Assembly (NCBI GenBank): GCA_051252375.1
Contig: JBPOFY010000005.1
Span: 149,406-213,405, forward strand
Source: Opitutaceae bacterium
GTDB taxonomy: Bacteria > Verrucomicrobiota > Verrucomicrobiia > Opitutales > Coraliomargaritaceae
Length of the DNA: 64,000 nt
Reading direction: 5' to 3'
Below, piece after piece: positions 9,845 to 21,288 of the stretch. How positions within the stretch are numbered: position 1 is the first letter of the stretch; the number at the start of each line of letters is the position of its first letter. Under the pieces are notes generated by a model. The model was not told where the DNA came from. It was given only the letters and a program-made list of their open reading frames with translations, and searched no databases. The translations under genes and the position numbers were made by a program.

Positions 9845-11197
9845 ATGGAATTTTCTGATATCATCGAAGTGCTTTTTCTGCGTAATTATAATACGCGCTT
9901 GGTGGTCATCTGCACGATGCTCTTAGGTTCGGCATGTGGCCTGATGGGGGGCTTTTTACTGCTGCGTAAGCGCTCGTTGATGGGCGATACATTATCTCAT
10001 GCTACACTGCCCGGTGTCTGCATTGCATTCATGGTCGGCGTGTTGCTGGGTGGCACGGGAAAGTCACTGCCATTCTTGCTTCTAGGTGCGACAGTTACAG
10101 GTGTTTTAGGTTGTGCAGCGGTTTTGTTTATTCGCAATCAATCACGTATCAAAGACGACGCGGCGATGGGCATTGTGTTGTCGGTCTTTTTTGGAGCTGG
10201 GGTGGCTTTATTGACTATGGTGACGAAGATGCCGGACGGCGCGGCCGCGGGATTGGAATCATTTATTTACGGTAAGACCGCGTCGATGGTGTTGAGTGAT
10301 TTTTGGCTGCTCACAGTTGTGACCATCTGCGTCTTGGTGCTTTCGATCTTTTTATTTAAGGAATTCCGTCTGCTTTGTTTTGATGAGGCGTATGCTTTGG
10401 CGCAGGGCTGGCCGGTGAAGTTTTTGGATGTTCTACTCTTGGGTCTAGTGACCGCCGTGACCGTGGCTGGGTTGCAAGCGGTGGGCTTGATTCTGATCAT
10501 CGCTTTTTTAATTACGCCAGCTGCTGCGGCTCGTTTTTGGACGGATCGACTGGATCAAATGCTCCTATTGTCTGCGGTTATTGGTGGGATCAGTGGTTGG
10601 CTTGGTGCCAGCGTGAGTGCCTTGATTCCTAATATGCCGGCGGGGGCGTTGATTGTGCTCGTGGCGGCCGGTTGTTTTGTATTCAGCATGCTTTTTGGCG
10701 TGGAGCGAGGGGTGCTGGTGCGGGTGGTGCGGCAGTTGAATTTAAAGCGTAGTGTGGGACGTCAGCATTTATTGCGCGCCTTATATGAAATTCTAGAAGC
10801 AGATGGGCTAGGGGATGAAGGTATTCAGATTCGCGCAGTTCCATTTCGCCAAGTGCGCGGGCGTCGAACATGGAGTGATCGACAGTTGAAGCGTTATTTA
10901 CGATTGGCGTATAATGAAGGATTGGTCGAAACCTTGAACCGATTCGACGAGATCGTATTGACGGAGGCTGGGGTGGAAGCAGCGGCGCAAGTGACACGTA
11001 ATCACCGACTATGGGAATTGTATTTGATTGAATATGCCGACATTGCAGCGAGTCGGGTCGATCGTGATGCGGATGCGGTGGAGCACGTTCTGGGGGAGAA
11101 GATGGTCGCTTTGTTGGAGAGTAAATTGCAGACATTGCGTCCTGCCGAATCACTTGCCGTTCCGGTGAGTCCACACCCCATTCAACCAGGAGACTAA
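9845..11197 (+). CDS. troC: Metal ABC permease fused to a C-terminal DtxR/TroR-type repressor domain
   Basis: ABC-3 permease (GDTLSHATLPG) over about 290 aa, then LRALY...GLV...LTEAG...RNHRLWELYL...DADAVEH. Confidence 0.88.
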   Translation: MEFSDIIEVLFLRNYNTRLVVICTMLLGSACGLMGGFLLLRKRSLMGDTLSHATLPGVCIAFMVGVLLGGTGKSLPFLLLGATVTGVLGCAAVLFIRNQSRIKDDAAMGIVLSVFFGAGVALLTMVTKMPDGAAAGLESFIYGKTASMVLSDFWLLTVVTICVLVLSIFLFKEFRLLCFDEAYALAQGWPVKFLDVLLLGLVTAVTVAGLQAVGLILIIAFLITPAAAARFWTDRLDQMLLLSAVIGGISGWLGASVSALIPNMPAGALIVLVAAGCFVFSMLFGVERGVLVRVVRQLNLKRSVGRQHLLRALYEILEADGLGDEGIQIRAVPFRQVRGRRTWSDRQLKRYLRLAYNEGLVETLNRFDEIVLTEAGVEAAAQVTRNHRLWELYLIEYADIAASRVDRDADAVEHVLGEKMVALLESKLQTLRPAESLAVPVSPHPIQPGD

Positions 11198-11200
11198 GTT

Positions 11201-12142
11201 ATGGAATGGTATGCAATTGATACATGGATTGTAATCGTCGGTATTCTGGCGGCGGTTTCGTGTGCGCTGTTGGGTAATTTCCTCGTGCTTCGCAAGATGA
11301 GCATGATGGGGGACGCGATCAGTCATGCCGTGTTGCCCGGGCTAGCGATTGCATTCTTAGTGACTGGCGCAAGGGCGAGTTTAACGATGTTTATTGGTGC
11401 GGCCGTGGTGGGTGTTTTAACCGCAGTCTTCACTCAGTGGGTGAGCCGTTTCGGGAAGGTCGATGAAGGGGCTTCGATGGGGATTGTCTTCACCACGCTT
11501 TTTGCACTCGGGCTTTTACTGATTGTTCAGGCCGCGGACCATGTCGACCTCGACGCGAGTTGCGTGCTGTATGGTGCGATCGAATTGACACCTTTGGATG
11601 TGGTATGGAGTCCGTCCATTTTTGGAGCCATTCTCGATGTGCCACGTGCAGCCGTGGTGCTTTCGATTGTCTGTGCGGTGAATCTATTGTTTGTGGTATT
11701 TTTCTTTAAGGAGCTGCGGATCACTTCGTTCGACTCTGAACTGGCGACAACGATGGGCATCAATGCGAATTGGATGCACTATTTGTTGATGACCTTGGTG
11801 GCGATCACGACGGTGGCTGCTTTTGAAGCGGTGGGCAGTATCATCGTGATTGCGATGTTGATCGTGCCGGCGGCAACCGCGCATTTATTAACCGATCGCT
11901 TAGGTGTGATGATCTTGTTGAGCGTGATACTCGCTGCGCTGTCAGCCGTGCTCGGGCATATCACTGCCTTATTTGTGCCCGGCTGGTTAGGTTTTGATCC
12001 TGCAGTAGTCGATGCCACATCCACATCGGGTATGATGGCGGTGATGGCAGGCGTGCTATTCGCGATCACCCTGTTTTGCGCGCCGCGCTACGGGATATTG
12101 ATCAAGAAATTCGGTCGGATCGACCGAGCTGAAGCAAAGTAG
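11201..12142 (+). CDS. troD: Metal ABC permease
   Basis: GDAISHAVLPG, VHLD-like HVDLD..LYG motif, multi-TM. Confidence 0.9.
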   Translation: MEWYAIDTWIVIVGILAAVSCALLGNFLVLRKMSMMGDAISHAVLPGLAIAFLVTGARASLTMFIGAAVVGVLTAVFTQWVSRFGKVDEGASMGIVFTTLFALGLLLIVQAADHVDLDASCVLYGAIELTPLDVVWSPSIFGAILDVPRAAVVLSIVCAVNLLFVVFFFKELRITSFDSELATTMGINANWMHYLLMTLVAITTVAAFEAVGSIIVIAMLIVPAATAHLLTDRLGVMILLSVILAALSAVLGHITALFVPGWLGFDPAVVDATSTSGMMAVMAGVLFAITLFCAPRYGILIKKFGRIDRAEAK

Positions 12143-12151
12143 GTGAAGCGA

Positions 12152-13060
12152 TTAGGCTTCGTCTTTTTCGAGACTGTTTAAGTCTTTCGACGTGAGGAGC
12201 TCGATCAGTTTCTTCATCGCCGGAGTTAGCACACGACCTTTGCGGTGGATCAGTGCGAGTGGGCGCTTGTAAACCTTGGATTTGAAGCGGATGACCTTGA
12301 GCAGACCTTGGGCTTCTTCGCGAACCACTGTGGTTTGCGGTAAAATCGCGATGCCTGCGTTGATCTCGACGGCGCGTTTGACTGTCTCGACGTTGTCGAA
12401 CTCCATAACGGGGTCGCACTCCAAGTTGGCTTCGCGGAAAATTTGGTCGGTTGCTTTACGAGTTGGAATGTCGGGCTCGAAACCGATGAATTTCTGACCG
12501 GCGACTTCTTCGATGTCCACGCTCTTACGCTTAGCGAGCGGGTGTTCCGGGCTGACGACGAGAACGAGGATGTCGTCGTGGAAGGGTAGGATCTCCAGTT
12601 GCTTGTGCTTTTGCGGGTAGGCGATGAGACCCAAATCAATGGAATTCGTGAGGATGTCTTCGTAAACCATGTTGGCACGGCGATATTCCACGCGGATGTT
12701 GACCTCAGGGAATTTAGAAAGGAATGCTTTGACGTATGGTGGCAGCTCGTGGAGTCCGATACTGTAAACCGTCGAAATGTGGATCGTGCCACTGATGACT
12801 TTCTTCATCTCTTGCAACTCGCTGTTGAGCTTGTCGTAGAGGTAGAGGATCTCTTTGGCGGATTCGTAGAGTTTTTGCCCCTCGCGTGTCAGTCGGAATT
12901 GCTTTTGGCTGCGGTCAACAATGAGGATGTTGAAATGCTTCTCCATTGCACGTAGCTGTTGACTGACGGCCGATTGTGTAATCCCGTTGAGCTTGGCGGC
13001 GCGGGAGAAGCTTTCGCTTTCGACTAAATCGGAAAAGATTTTGAAGTTTTCTACGTGCAT
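12152..13060 (-). CDS. LysR family transcriptional regulator
   Basis: N-terminal HTH SFSRAAKLNGITQSAVSQQLRAME plus substrate-binding domain. Confidence 0.93.
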   Translation of the reverse strand: MHVENFKIFSDLVESESFSRAAKLNGITQSAVSQQLRAMEKHFNILIVDRSQKQFRLTREGQKLYESAKEILYLYDKLNSELQEMKKVISGTIHISTVYSIGLHELPPYVKAFLSKFPEVNIRVEYRRANMVYEDILTNSIDLGLIAYPQKHKQLEILPFHDDILVLVVSPEHPLAKRKSVDIEEVAGQKFIGFEPDIPTRKATDQIFREANLECDPVMEFDNVETVKRAVEINAGIAILPQTTVVREEAQGLLKVIRFKSKVYKRPLALIHRKGRVLTPAMKKLIELLTSKDLNSLEKDEA

Positions 13061-13154
13061 AATATAACTTGTATAACTATCACTAATGGGATTGCAAGTC
13101 CGTAAACAGTAAAACTAATTTTAAAAAATCTAATCACGATTTCTGCTTATAGCT

Positions 13155-13850
13155 ATGATCTCTTTTGAGCAATTTTCGCATAATTTAGCATCTGTTCAGT
13201 CACGTATGGCGGCGGCGTGTAAGGTTTTTGGGCGTGCGCCCGAAAGCGTGGTGCTGCTTCCGGTGACAAAGAATCATCCCGTCGATGCAGTTATTTATGC
13301 CAATCGAGCTGGATTGAAGGCGGTTGGAGAGAATCGGGTGCAGGAAGCTGCTCAGAAGCACGGGCAAACGGATATAGCTGTGCGCTGGGAGCTAATCGGT
13401 CATTTACAATCGAATAAGGTCAAGGCAGCGGTTGAGCTGTTTGATCGAGTGCAATCGGTGGATTCATTGAAGCTATTAGAGCGTTTGAACCGTCAAGCTG
13501 CTGAAGTTGGTAAAAAGCTCCCGATATTATTGCAGTGTAATACCGGAGAAGACCCGAATAAGCATGGTTTCATGGTCGGTGAAATGGCACAGGCTCTAGA
13601 GCAGGCTTTGGCAGCTGAGTCATTGCAAGTAGATGGCCTTATGACAATTGCGCCGCTAGATGACGATTTGGACGTAGCGAAAGCTGCGTTTATAGGGCTA
13701 CGGGAGCTCCGTGATGATTTGGCGGCACAGTTTGGAGTCGCTCTACCCGAACTCTCGATGGGGATGACGGGTGACCTCGAAGTGGCGATTGCGGCGGGTT
13801 CGACTCAGATCCGAGTAGGCACGGCACTTTACGGCGCACGGCAGTATTAG
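13155..13850 (+). CDS. yggS: YggS/PLP homeostasis protein
   Basis: VTK, GENRVQE, IGHLQSNK, LSMGMTGD, RVGTALYG. Confidence 0.93.
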   Translation: MISFEQFSHNLASVQSRMAAACKVFGRAPESVVLLPVTKNHPVDAVIYANRAGLKAVGENRVQEAAQKHGQTDIAVRWELIGHLQSNKVKAAVELFDRVQSVDSLKLLERLNRQAAEVGKKLPILLQCNTGEDPNKHGFMVGEMAQALEQALAAESLQVDGLMTIAPLDDDLDVAKAAFIGLRELRDDLAAQFGVALPELSMGMTGDLEVAIAAGSTQIRVGTALYGARQY

Positions 13851-13851
13851 G

Positions 13852-15063
13852 CTATTGAATCAACATGCCGGCGATCGCGGCACTGGATAGATTTGCCAGC
13901 GTGCCAGCGAGGACGGCCTTGAGCCCGAGTTGAGCGATTTCTTGTCGGCGCTGTGGCACGAGACTACCGAGACCTCCGAGAAGAATCGCAATCGAGGAAA
14001 AGTTGGCAAACCCGCAGAGGGCGAAAGTCAGTATCGCCTGTGTGCGTGGGGCAAAGGTCTCTGCGATTGGTGCAAACTCTGCAAAGGCAACAAACTCGTT
14101 GAGCACCAGCTTTTGTCCGATGAAAGAACCGCCAGTGACGGCTTGTTCCCACGGCACGCCGAGCAGCCAGGCGACTGGGCTGAAGGCGTAGCCTAGGATC
14201 AATTGCAGGCTTAAGGCTTCGTAGCCGAAAAGACCGCCGGCCCATCCGAGCATGCCGTTGATGAGCGCGATCAGACCGATGAATGCGATCAACATCGCAC
14301 CTACGTTGAGCGCGAGCTTGAGACCATCGCCAGCACCATGTGCCGCGGCATCGAAGACGTTTACTGGCGCGCCTTCTTTATCTTCTTCCAGTTTACTATT
14401 GTCGGCGGTCTCCGTCTCAGGAATTAGAAGCTTGGCAAAGAGTAGGCCGGCGGGCGCCGCCATGAAGCATGCGGCAAGGAGGAATTTGAGTTCGACCCCC
14501 ATAGCGGCATAGCCCGCGAGCACACTACCTGCGATGGATGCGAGTCCACCCACCATGACGGCGAAAAACTCGGAACGTGTCATCCGTGGCAGGTAAGGCT
14601 TGATCGCAAGTGGGGCTTCAGTCTGTCCCACGAAAATGTTGGCGGTCGCACTGAGTGATTCGGCGCGACTGGTGCCGAGTAGTTTTCGAATGCCGCCTCC
14701 AATTAAAGTGACCACGATTGGCATGACGCGCAGATAGTAGAGCACTGAGATCAGCGAGGAGAAAAAGATAATGACTGGCAGCACCTTGAAGGCAAAGACG
14801 AAGCCGAGACTTTGCGATGGGTCACTGAGTCCGCCAAAGAGAAACAAGATACCATCGTTGCCAAATGCGATGACTGCGTAGACTAACTCCGAGAGCCAGG
14901 CGAGGGCGCTTTTACCCCAAGGGACGAAAAGAACTAAGACGCCGAATCCAAATTGTATGGCGATCGCGCCACCGATGGTTCGCCAGTTGATGTCTTTACG
15001 CGAAGTAGAGCAAAGCCATGCGAAGGCGATAAGAACACAATAACCGAGCAAACTAATAAGCAT
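13852..15063 (-). CDS. nupC: NupC/CNT family nucleoside:cation symporter
   Basis: [30 protein letters not shown]. Confidence 0.93.
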   Translation of the reverse strand: MLISLLGYCVLIAFAWLCSTSRKDINWRTIGGAIAIQFGFGVLVLFVPWGKSALAWLSELVYAVIAFGNDGILFLFGGLSDPSQSLGFVFAFKVLPVIIFFSSLISVLYYLRVMPIVVTLIGGGIRKLLGTSRAESLSATANIFVGQTEAPLAIKPYLPRMTRSEFFAVMVGGLASIAGSVLAGYAAMGVELKFLLAACFMAAPAGLLFAKLLIPETETADNSKLEEDKEGAPVNVFDAAAHGAGDGLKLALNVGAMLIAFIGLIALINGMLGWAGGLFGYEALSLQLILGYAFSPVAWLLGVPWEQAVTGGSFIGQKLVLNEFVAFAEFAPIAETFAPRTQAILTFALCGFANFSSIAILLGGLGSLVPQRRQEIAQLGLKAVLAGTLANLSSAAIAGMLIQ

Positions 15064-15420
15064 GGCTGCGCACTTTGGTAGCTAAAGCCTTAGCATGCAA
15101 GCGGTTTGCTGCGTTTGCTACGGCTCAAATTGCAGAGTGTAATGGTTTACCGTGGAATTCTGTGTATTGCGAATTTCGATACGCGCTACGACGGGCTGTG
15201 CTGACGTCGGTGTTGTTGATTGCAGGAATCGAATGCGATCACCTTAAGTGGACTGTCGAAATCTGTTGGATAATAGGCTTGAACCAACTCCAGTGTAATA
15301 AGTCCAAATAAGAAAAGATTGAGAGTCGTGCGTATACTTAGGGCAATATGTGCCTTTGTTGATACTGGCAAGGGGAGAGTAGAGTTGACAAATTTGGTGC
15401 TCATCTCGTCAATCGGCGCT

Positions 15421-16487
<1,067 letters not shown>

Positions 16488-16606
16488 TTCGGCTGGCTCA
16501 GATATAGGTCTTAAAAGTGTCCATATATTGGTATATTTTCCCTCTTTTCGCCCTTGACAGCTCTAAGTCGAATCACCACTTTTCCGCCCTTTAACTTTTA
16601 ACAGAC

Positions 16607-16864
16607 ATGGCAAATACTAAATCAGCACTCAAATATATCCGTAAAACGGAAGGTCGTACGCTTCGTAACCGTCAGGTAAAAAGCCGCTTGAAGACTTTGG
16701 CTAAAAAGGTCGAGGCTTCAGTCGCAGCTGGCGATAAAGACGCGATCATCGTGGCAACACGTCTATACATTTCCGCTTTGGATAAGGCCGCTAAAACTGG
16801 TCTTGTGCATGCGAACAAAATCGCACGTCACAAAGCACGTTGTGCTGCATTGGCTGCCGCGTAG
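16607..16864 (+). CDS. rpsT: 30S ribosomal protein S20
   Basis: MANTKSALK...LDKAAKTGLVHANKIARHK; TTGACA at 16554 upstream. Confidence 0.95.
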   Translation: MANTKSALKYIRKTEGRTLRNRQVKSRLKTLAKKVEASVAAGDKDAIIVATRLYISALDKAAKTGLVHANKIARHKARCAALAAA

Positions 16865-16945
16865 TTTTTTCTACCCCACCCAAAAGATGCCCTCGGATTG
16901 CTAGTCAGTTCGGGGGTATTTTATATCCAGAATCGAGAAACCGTT

Positions 16946-17770
16946 GTGAGCCAGAAGCAAAAAGCAGATGCCATTGGATTTCCGCCACCATTGATGGGGC
17001 AGGAGCCGCTGCGTTTGCCTGTGTTGGCAGAGGAGGGCGACTGGATTGCCTTAAATAAGCCCAGCGGCCTCGCGGTGCGTGAGTATCCTTGGGATGGTAA
17101 GCGACCCAACCTCGATGCGGCCTTGAATGCTCAGCTGCAGGCAGGGAAGCCGGAACTCGTGCGCCGCGGTGCCACACTTTTTGGTTCTATGTACTATTTG
17201 GACCCAGAAATCAGTGGTGTCGCCATTTTTGGAAAGAGCCGAGAGGGTCTTGCTACGCTGCGTAATCGTTTTGGCTCCGGAGATTGTGCTTTTACCTTCT
17301 TATTTGTTTCAGGACCTAAGCCTGAAGATGTGGAGGAACGTGTAGCTGCGGACGCGCCATTGCTGCCTCATAATACGAAGCCAAAGATGATTCCCTCGAC
17401 GGCAAAAGGTAAAAAGTCCTTCACAGAGTTCAGCTTGAAGGCGCAGTCAGCTGCTGGATGGACGGTTTGGGAGGCACGCACGCAGTTTTTTCGCCCACAT
17501 CAAGTACGTGCCCATGCCGCAGTGCTTGGGATCCCTGTTTTGGGGGATACGCTCTATGATGGTCCCGTTGCGCCCACACGACGTGATTTGGAGCCCAAAA
17601 AGAAGGGTGGAGGGCTCAATGTGTCGGCTTTTGAAGGAATGGCATTACATTTGGCGACTTGTGACTTGTGTAACGGAGTCCCGGCAATCGAGGCAGAGCT
17701 TCCAAGGCACCTAGGGCTCTTTATTCAGCGCTTGGGTTTAATGCCCACGATAGATGCCTCAGTTGACTAA
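16946..17770 (+). CDS. RluA-family pseudouridine synthase-like protein (GTG start assumed)
   Basis: [17 protein letters not shown] (motif II variant), HQVRAH...[10 protein letters not shown] motif. Confidence 0.78.
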   Translation: MSQKQKADAIGFPPPLMGQEPLRLPVLAEEGDWIALNKPSGLAVREYPWDGKRPNLDAALNAQLQAGKPELVRRGATLFGSMYYLDPEISGVAIFGKSREGLATLRNRFGSGDCAFTFLFVSGPKPEDVEERVAADAPLLPHNTKPKMIPSTAKGKKSFTEFSLKAQSAAGWTVWEARTQFFRPHQVRAHAAVLGIPVLGDTLYDGPVAPTRRDLEPKKKGGGLNVSAFEGMALHLATCDLCNGVPAIEAELPRHLGLFIQRLGLMPTIDASVD

Positions 17771-17850
17771 ATACGAAAAAAACCTTTACAGCCTATTCCT
17801 TTTCTGACTCCTTTTCACTTTTCTCTAAACAATTCAGCACAAAAATTTCC

Positions 17851-17946
17851 ATGGGTAACCTTAAAAAGAAACGTCGTCTTAAGATGAACAATCACAAACG
17901 CCGCAAGCGTTTGAAATCAAACCGTCACAAGAAACGCACTTGGTAG
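17851..17946 (+). CDS. 31-aa basic protein, AURKAIP1/COX24 (bS22/mS38-like) family
   Basis: Translated by hand: [31 protein letters not shown]; followed by its own terminator; below the ORF-track cutoff. Confidence 0.85.
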   Translation: MGNLKKKRRLKMNNHKRRKRLKSNRHKKRTW

Positions 17947-17985
17947 TGCGGAATTAGACGTCGACGACTCGTCAACGCTTTCATC

Positions 17986-18020
17986 AAACGGCTCCTCGCA
18001 TCGAGGAGCCGTTTTTTTTT
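17986..18020 (+). terminator. Intrinsic terminator
   Basis: AAACGGCTCCTCG-cat-CGAGGAGCCGTTT plus T run. Confidence 0.9.
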
Positions 18021-18340
18021 GTAACTAGATGAATTCCCTGGGGCAGTTTGGTGTCTCTGGTTTTAGGGCTTTCTGGTTACACTTACTACGGAAATACGTG
18101 TATTCACTTAGTGGATGCGTTAGGGGGCATCATTTAGTGAATGAATTTTTATACCTCAGTGAGTTGTAAATATCTTTTAATTAGTGATTTCGGAGGGGTA
18201 TTTGCCCTTTTTTGTCCTTGCTCGAGGACTTATATAGTGGCAAAAAGATAGGTATGTTCTGTTACGTAACATTTGCTTATCTTAGCGTGACATGCCAACT
18301 ACCTAACTCAAGGGACTCCCGATACATTGCTAACTAATCT

Positions 18341-19390
18341 ATGTTAAAGCCAAAGTCTAAAGGTCTATTTGTAGATATCTCAGAGTTTTCGATATTAGCT
18401 GCGAGAACTTCCGGTTATAAACTTCCGATGGTTATTGAGGAAATTGCAGAATTTCCTTTGAAACAGGGGCATGACCCGCTCGAGATTAAGGCCTTTATTG
18501 AGCAATTAGTCGATTTTAAGGGTAGCGAGTATTTCGTCTCGCGCTGTGGCACATATCCGGAAGGTCGTTTTGTGCGTTATTATGAAGCGGAGTCTGCCTC
18601 TAAGGTGAAAGACTTTAAGTTCTTGTCTGATATGCTGAAGTCTGAGTTTAACATCGATGTTGAAACAAATAATGTATCGATTCTCGATGCACGCGATGGA
18701 TCCGATTTTGACATCGAGAGTGGGCAGACGAAGCGCTTGGTTTTTTGCGGTGCACCGAAGGGGTCCTTCCAAGAAGAGCAGGATCATTTACTTGAGTGCG
18801 GAATCTACCCAGAGCGTTTGGAGTTATCTTCCATTACCACCCTTGGAGGGGTCAGCGACTACGCCCGTTTCAACGGAATCAATTCTCCCATCTTGTGTTT
18901 CGAGTTAACTTCCCATAGCGCGAATATTTGTATTTTGAATAAGGGACAAGTCGATGTGGCCCGCCCGGTGCCTTTTGGCTTGGATAGTATTTATCCTCTG
19001 CTGCAGAGAGAGTTGGGCCTAAAGGATGAATCATCTGCCAAAAAACTCTTTTTTTCCAATACTTTTGATTTTGCAGAAATGGGACCGAAGTTGCTCCGCC
19101 GCATGACAAAAGAACTGCAGGCATCGACTGGTTTTTATGAAGTGCAGACTGGGCAGACGATTGAGACGGTGTTTCTTAGCGTGCTGCCAAAGAATTTAGG
19201 TTGGGTGTCCAAAACAGTGTCGGATTCACTCGGTCTCGAAATCATGCAACCCAACTTAGAAGCTTGGCTAGAGAGCTTAAATATTTCGTTGAGCGAAGAC
19301 GTTGAAGTGCTGAACCTTGGTGCCCGTTGGTTTGGTCTATTCAGTTTGATGGGTGAGTTTCATTTAAGGCAGGAGGTTGACGGTGAGTAA
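18341..19390 (+). CDS. PilM-like (actin-fold) pilus/T2SS assembly protein
   Basis: N-terminal [22 protein letters not shown] typical of PilM; first gene of a cluster ending in a secretin. Confidence 0.65.
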   Translation: MLKPKSKGLFVDISEFSILAARTSGYKLPMVIEEIAEFPLKQGHDPLEIKAFIEQLVDFKGSEYFVSRCGTYPEGRFVRYYEAESASKVKDFKFLSDMLKSEFNIDVETNNVSILDARDGSDFDIESGQTKRLVFCGAPKGSFQEEQDHLLECGIYPERLELSSITTLGGVSDYARFNGINSPILCFELTSHSANICILNKGQVDVARPVPFGLDSIYPLLQRELGLKDESSAKKLFFSNTFDFAEMGPKLLRRMTKELQASTGFYEVQTGQTIETVFLSVLPKNLGWVSKTVSDSLGLEIMQPNLEAWLESLNISLSEDVEVLNLGARWFGLFSLMGEFHLRQEVDGE

Positions 19391-20036
19391 AAATTCTAAA
19401 GACATGCAGCCTTATTGGCGTCCGAACTTTTCAAATCCGGCTACTCTGCCTGATATTAAAGTGGTGCGCACCGACTTCATTATTAATTTCATCGCAGTGA
19501 CGCTCGTTCTGATCGTCGGCTTCTATGTCCTGCAGCGCGAATACCGTGCATACTCTTTAGGTAATACCATCGAAGATATGGAAAATCGTATTCGTGTGGC
19601 CGATCCGGACGACAACTTGAATTTAAAAATGAGCGATCGTTTTCGTGAAGCGACTCGCCACATTGTCGAATTAGAGCGCTTTTTCGGTTCGCCAGTCATG
19701 GCTCATGAGTTTCTTGCGATGATGTCAGAACTTCGTCCAGAAGGTTTGATTTTCAATGTGATTTCGGTTTCTGAAGGCATTAAAAAACAAGGCACAAAAT
19801 CTTTTGCGGAATATCGTGTTAATATGTCCGGCGAAGTGAAGGACCCCTTATTGTTGAGCGCTTTCAAAGAGTCGCTTCAAGGCTCTTCTTTTGTTCAAGA
19901 CAATCCGCATATGGAGTATGAGATAGATGAGTCGCTACAAACTAGAAATGCCAAGACGGGTATTTTCCCATATCGAATGATGATTGTCATCTCCCCTAAA
20001 CAGGCTGAGGCAGTAAAGGAAGGAGCTGAAGGATGA
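19377..20036 (+). CDS. PilN-like bitopic protein
   Basis: Single TM, coiled coil and ferredoxin-like region; position in cluster. Confidence 0.55.
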   Translation: MTVSKNSKDMQPYWRPNFSNPATLPDIKVVRTDFIINFIAVTLVLIVGFYVLQREYRAYSLGNTIEDMENRIRVADPDDNLNLKMSDRFREATRHIVELERFFGSPVMAHEFLAMMSELRPEGLIFNVISVSEGIKKQGTKSFAEYRVNMSGEVKDPLLLSAFKESLQGSSFVQDNPHMEYEIDESLQTRNAKTGIFPYRMMIVISPKQAEAVKEGAEG

Positions 20037-20608
20037 GCACGAATTCGATCGTAAGTAATTTAAAGCGCTATCCGCTAGCGGTTAGCAGCGCTGTATTGTT
20101 GATTATTTCTGTCGCTGTTATCTTTTTGCGTGGCGACGTATTGTTGGAATTAGAGGCAACAGAATCTGAACTGAACGGGCGCATTCGCACCATTGAGCAG
20201 AATATCATAAACTCAAATGGTTTAGATGCTGAAGTGGAACAACTCGAAGCTGAAGTGGTTTCGATAGATGGTCGATTATTTGATCGCAGTCAAAGTGCGG
20301 TGAATGCCAATTTCTTTTATGGATTCGAAAAAAAGGCCGACGTTCTCATCACTGGCGTGAATCAACTACAAGTTGATGATGCGATCTTATCAAAAGGTGG
20401 ACCAAATGAGTTAAAGCTCTATACGGCCTTGGTGTATGAAATTGGTTGCGAAGGTGGCTTTAGCCAAATTCTCAGTTTCCTTTTTCAATTACATGCTGCG
20501 AATCCATTGATCCGTGTCGCAGACTTTCAAATCTCAGAGGGCAGCAAGGCGGCTCCAGGTGCATTGACTGCAAAATTGCGTGTCCTTGTTCTCGCTCGTC
20601 AGAATTGA
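20033..20608 (+). CDS. PilO-like bitopic protein
   Basis: N-terminal TM, coiled coil, EGGFSQILSFL motif; position in cluster. Confidence 0.6.
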   Translation: MSTNSIVSNLKRYPLAVSSAVLLIISVAVIFLRGDVLLELEATESELNGRIRTIEQNIINSNGLDAEVEQLEAEVVSIDGRLFDRSQSAVNANFFYGFEKKADVLITGVNQLQVDDAILSKGGPNELKLYTALVYEIGCEGGFSQILSFLFQLHAANPLIRVADFQISEGSKAAPGALTAKLRVLVLARQN

Positions 20609-20620
20609 TATAACTACGCT

Positions 20621-21211
20621 ATGAACTCAAAATCACTTATCTATATCGCGTTGTTCTGTATACTGGGAACATGTGGTTACTCTGCAGAACCTAAAATCAA
20701 GTTGTCTGGTCGTAAAGACATTGTCTTGAAGGCTGACGAACGGAGCACTGTTTTAGATGCGGCTGATCGATATCTCGGGCAGAAGGACGCGGCATTTATT
20801 GGTCAGGTAAATGACTACGTGAACCCTTATGCTTTTAAGCAGGCTCCGGCAGCAAAAGTGGTCGTTGCGGTGGAGAATGTGACTTCAGATGAGCCAGAAG
20901 TTGTTGCCGCTACAGTCGTCTATGATGATGCCTCCGTATTGAAAGTGATCGCCTCAAACTTTTCGAAGCAAGTGCGTGGCACTTTAGCGAGAGGTTCGAC
21001 TAACTACATTCAGCTGCAAGGGGGGAACTTGTTGAAACCAGGCACTAAATTTCCTGCGCGAATCGCAGAAGACTCAGATACACAATACAATGTGATATTA
21101 ACAGAAATCACCTCAGAAAATTATACCCTTAGCCTAGGTGACGCGACTCTCACTTTATCATACGATGAAGGGAAAAAGGGCAGCACCGGTGCAGTTCGAT
21201 ATGAGAACTAA
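20621..21211 (+). CDS. Exported protein, PilP position
   Basis: Signal peptide, NPY motif, beta-rich C-terminus; precedes the secretin. Confidence 0.45.
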   Translation: MNSKSLIYIALFCILGTCGYSAEPKIKLSGRKDIVLKADERSTVLDAADRYLGQKDAAFIGQVNDYVNPYAFKQAPAAKVVVAVENVTSDEPEVVAATVVYDDASVLKVIASNFSKQVRGTLARGSTNYIQLQGGNLLKPGTKFPARIAEDSDTQYNVILTEITSENYTLSLGDATLTLSYDEGKKGSTGAVRYEN

Positions 21212-21288
21212 TCGTCCTTTAAACGAAACACTTTCAAAAAAACCAATAACCATTGAATCTCTCAAGCAAAACTCAAACCAACCGTCCT

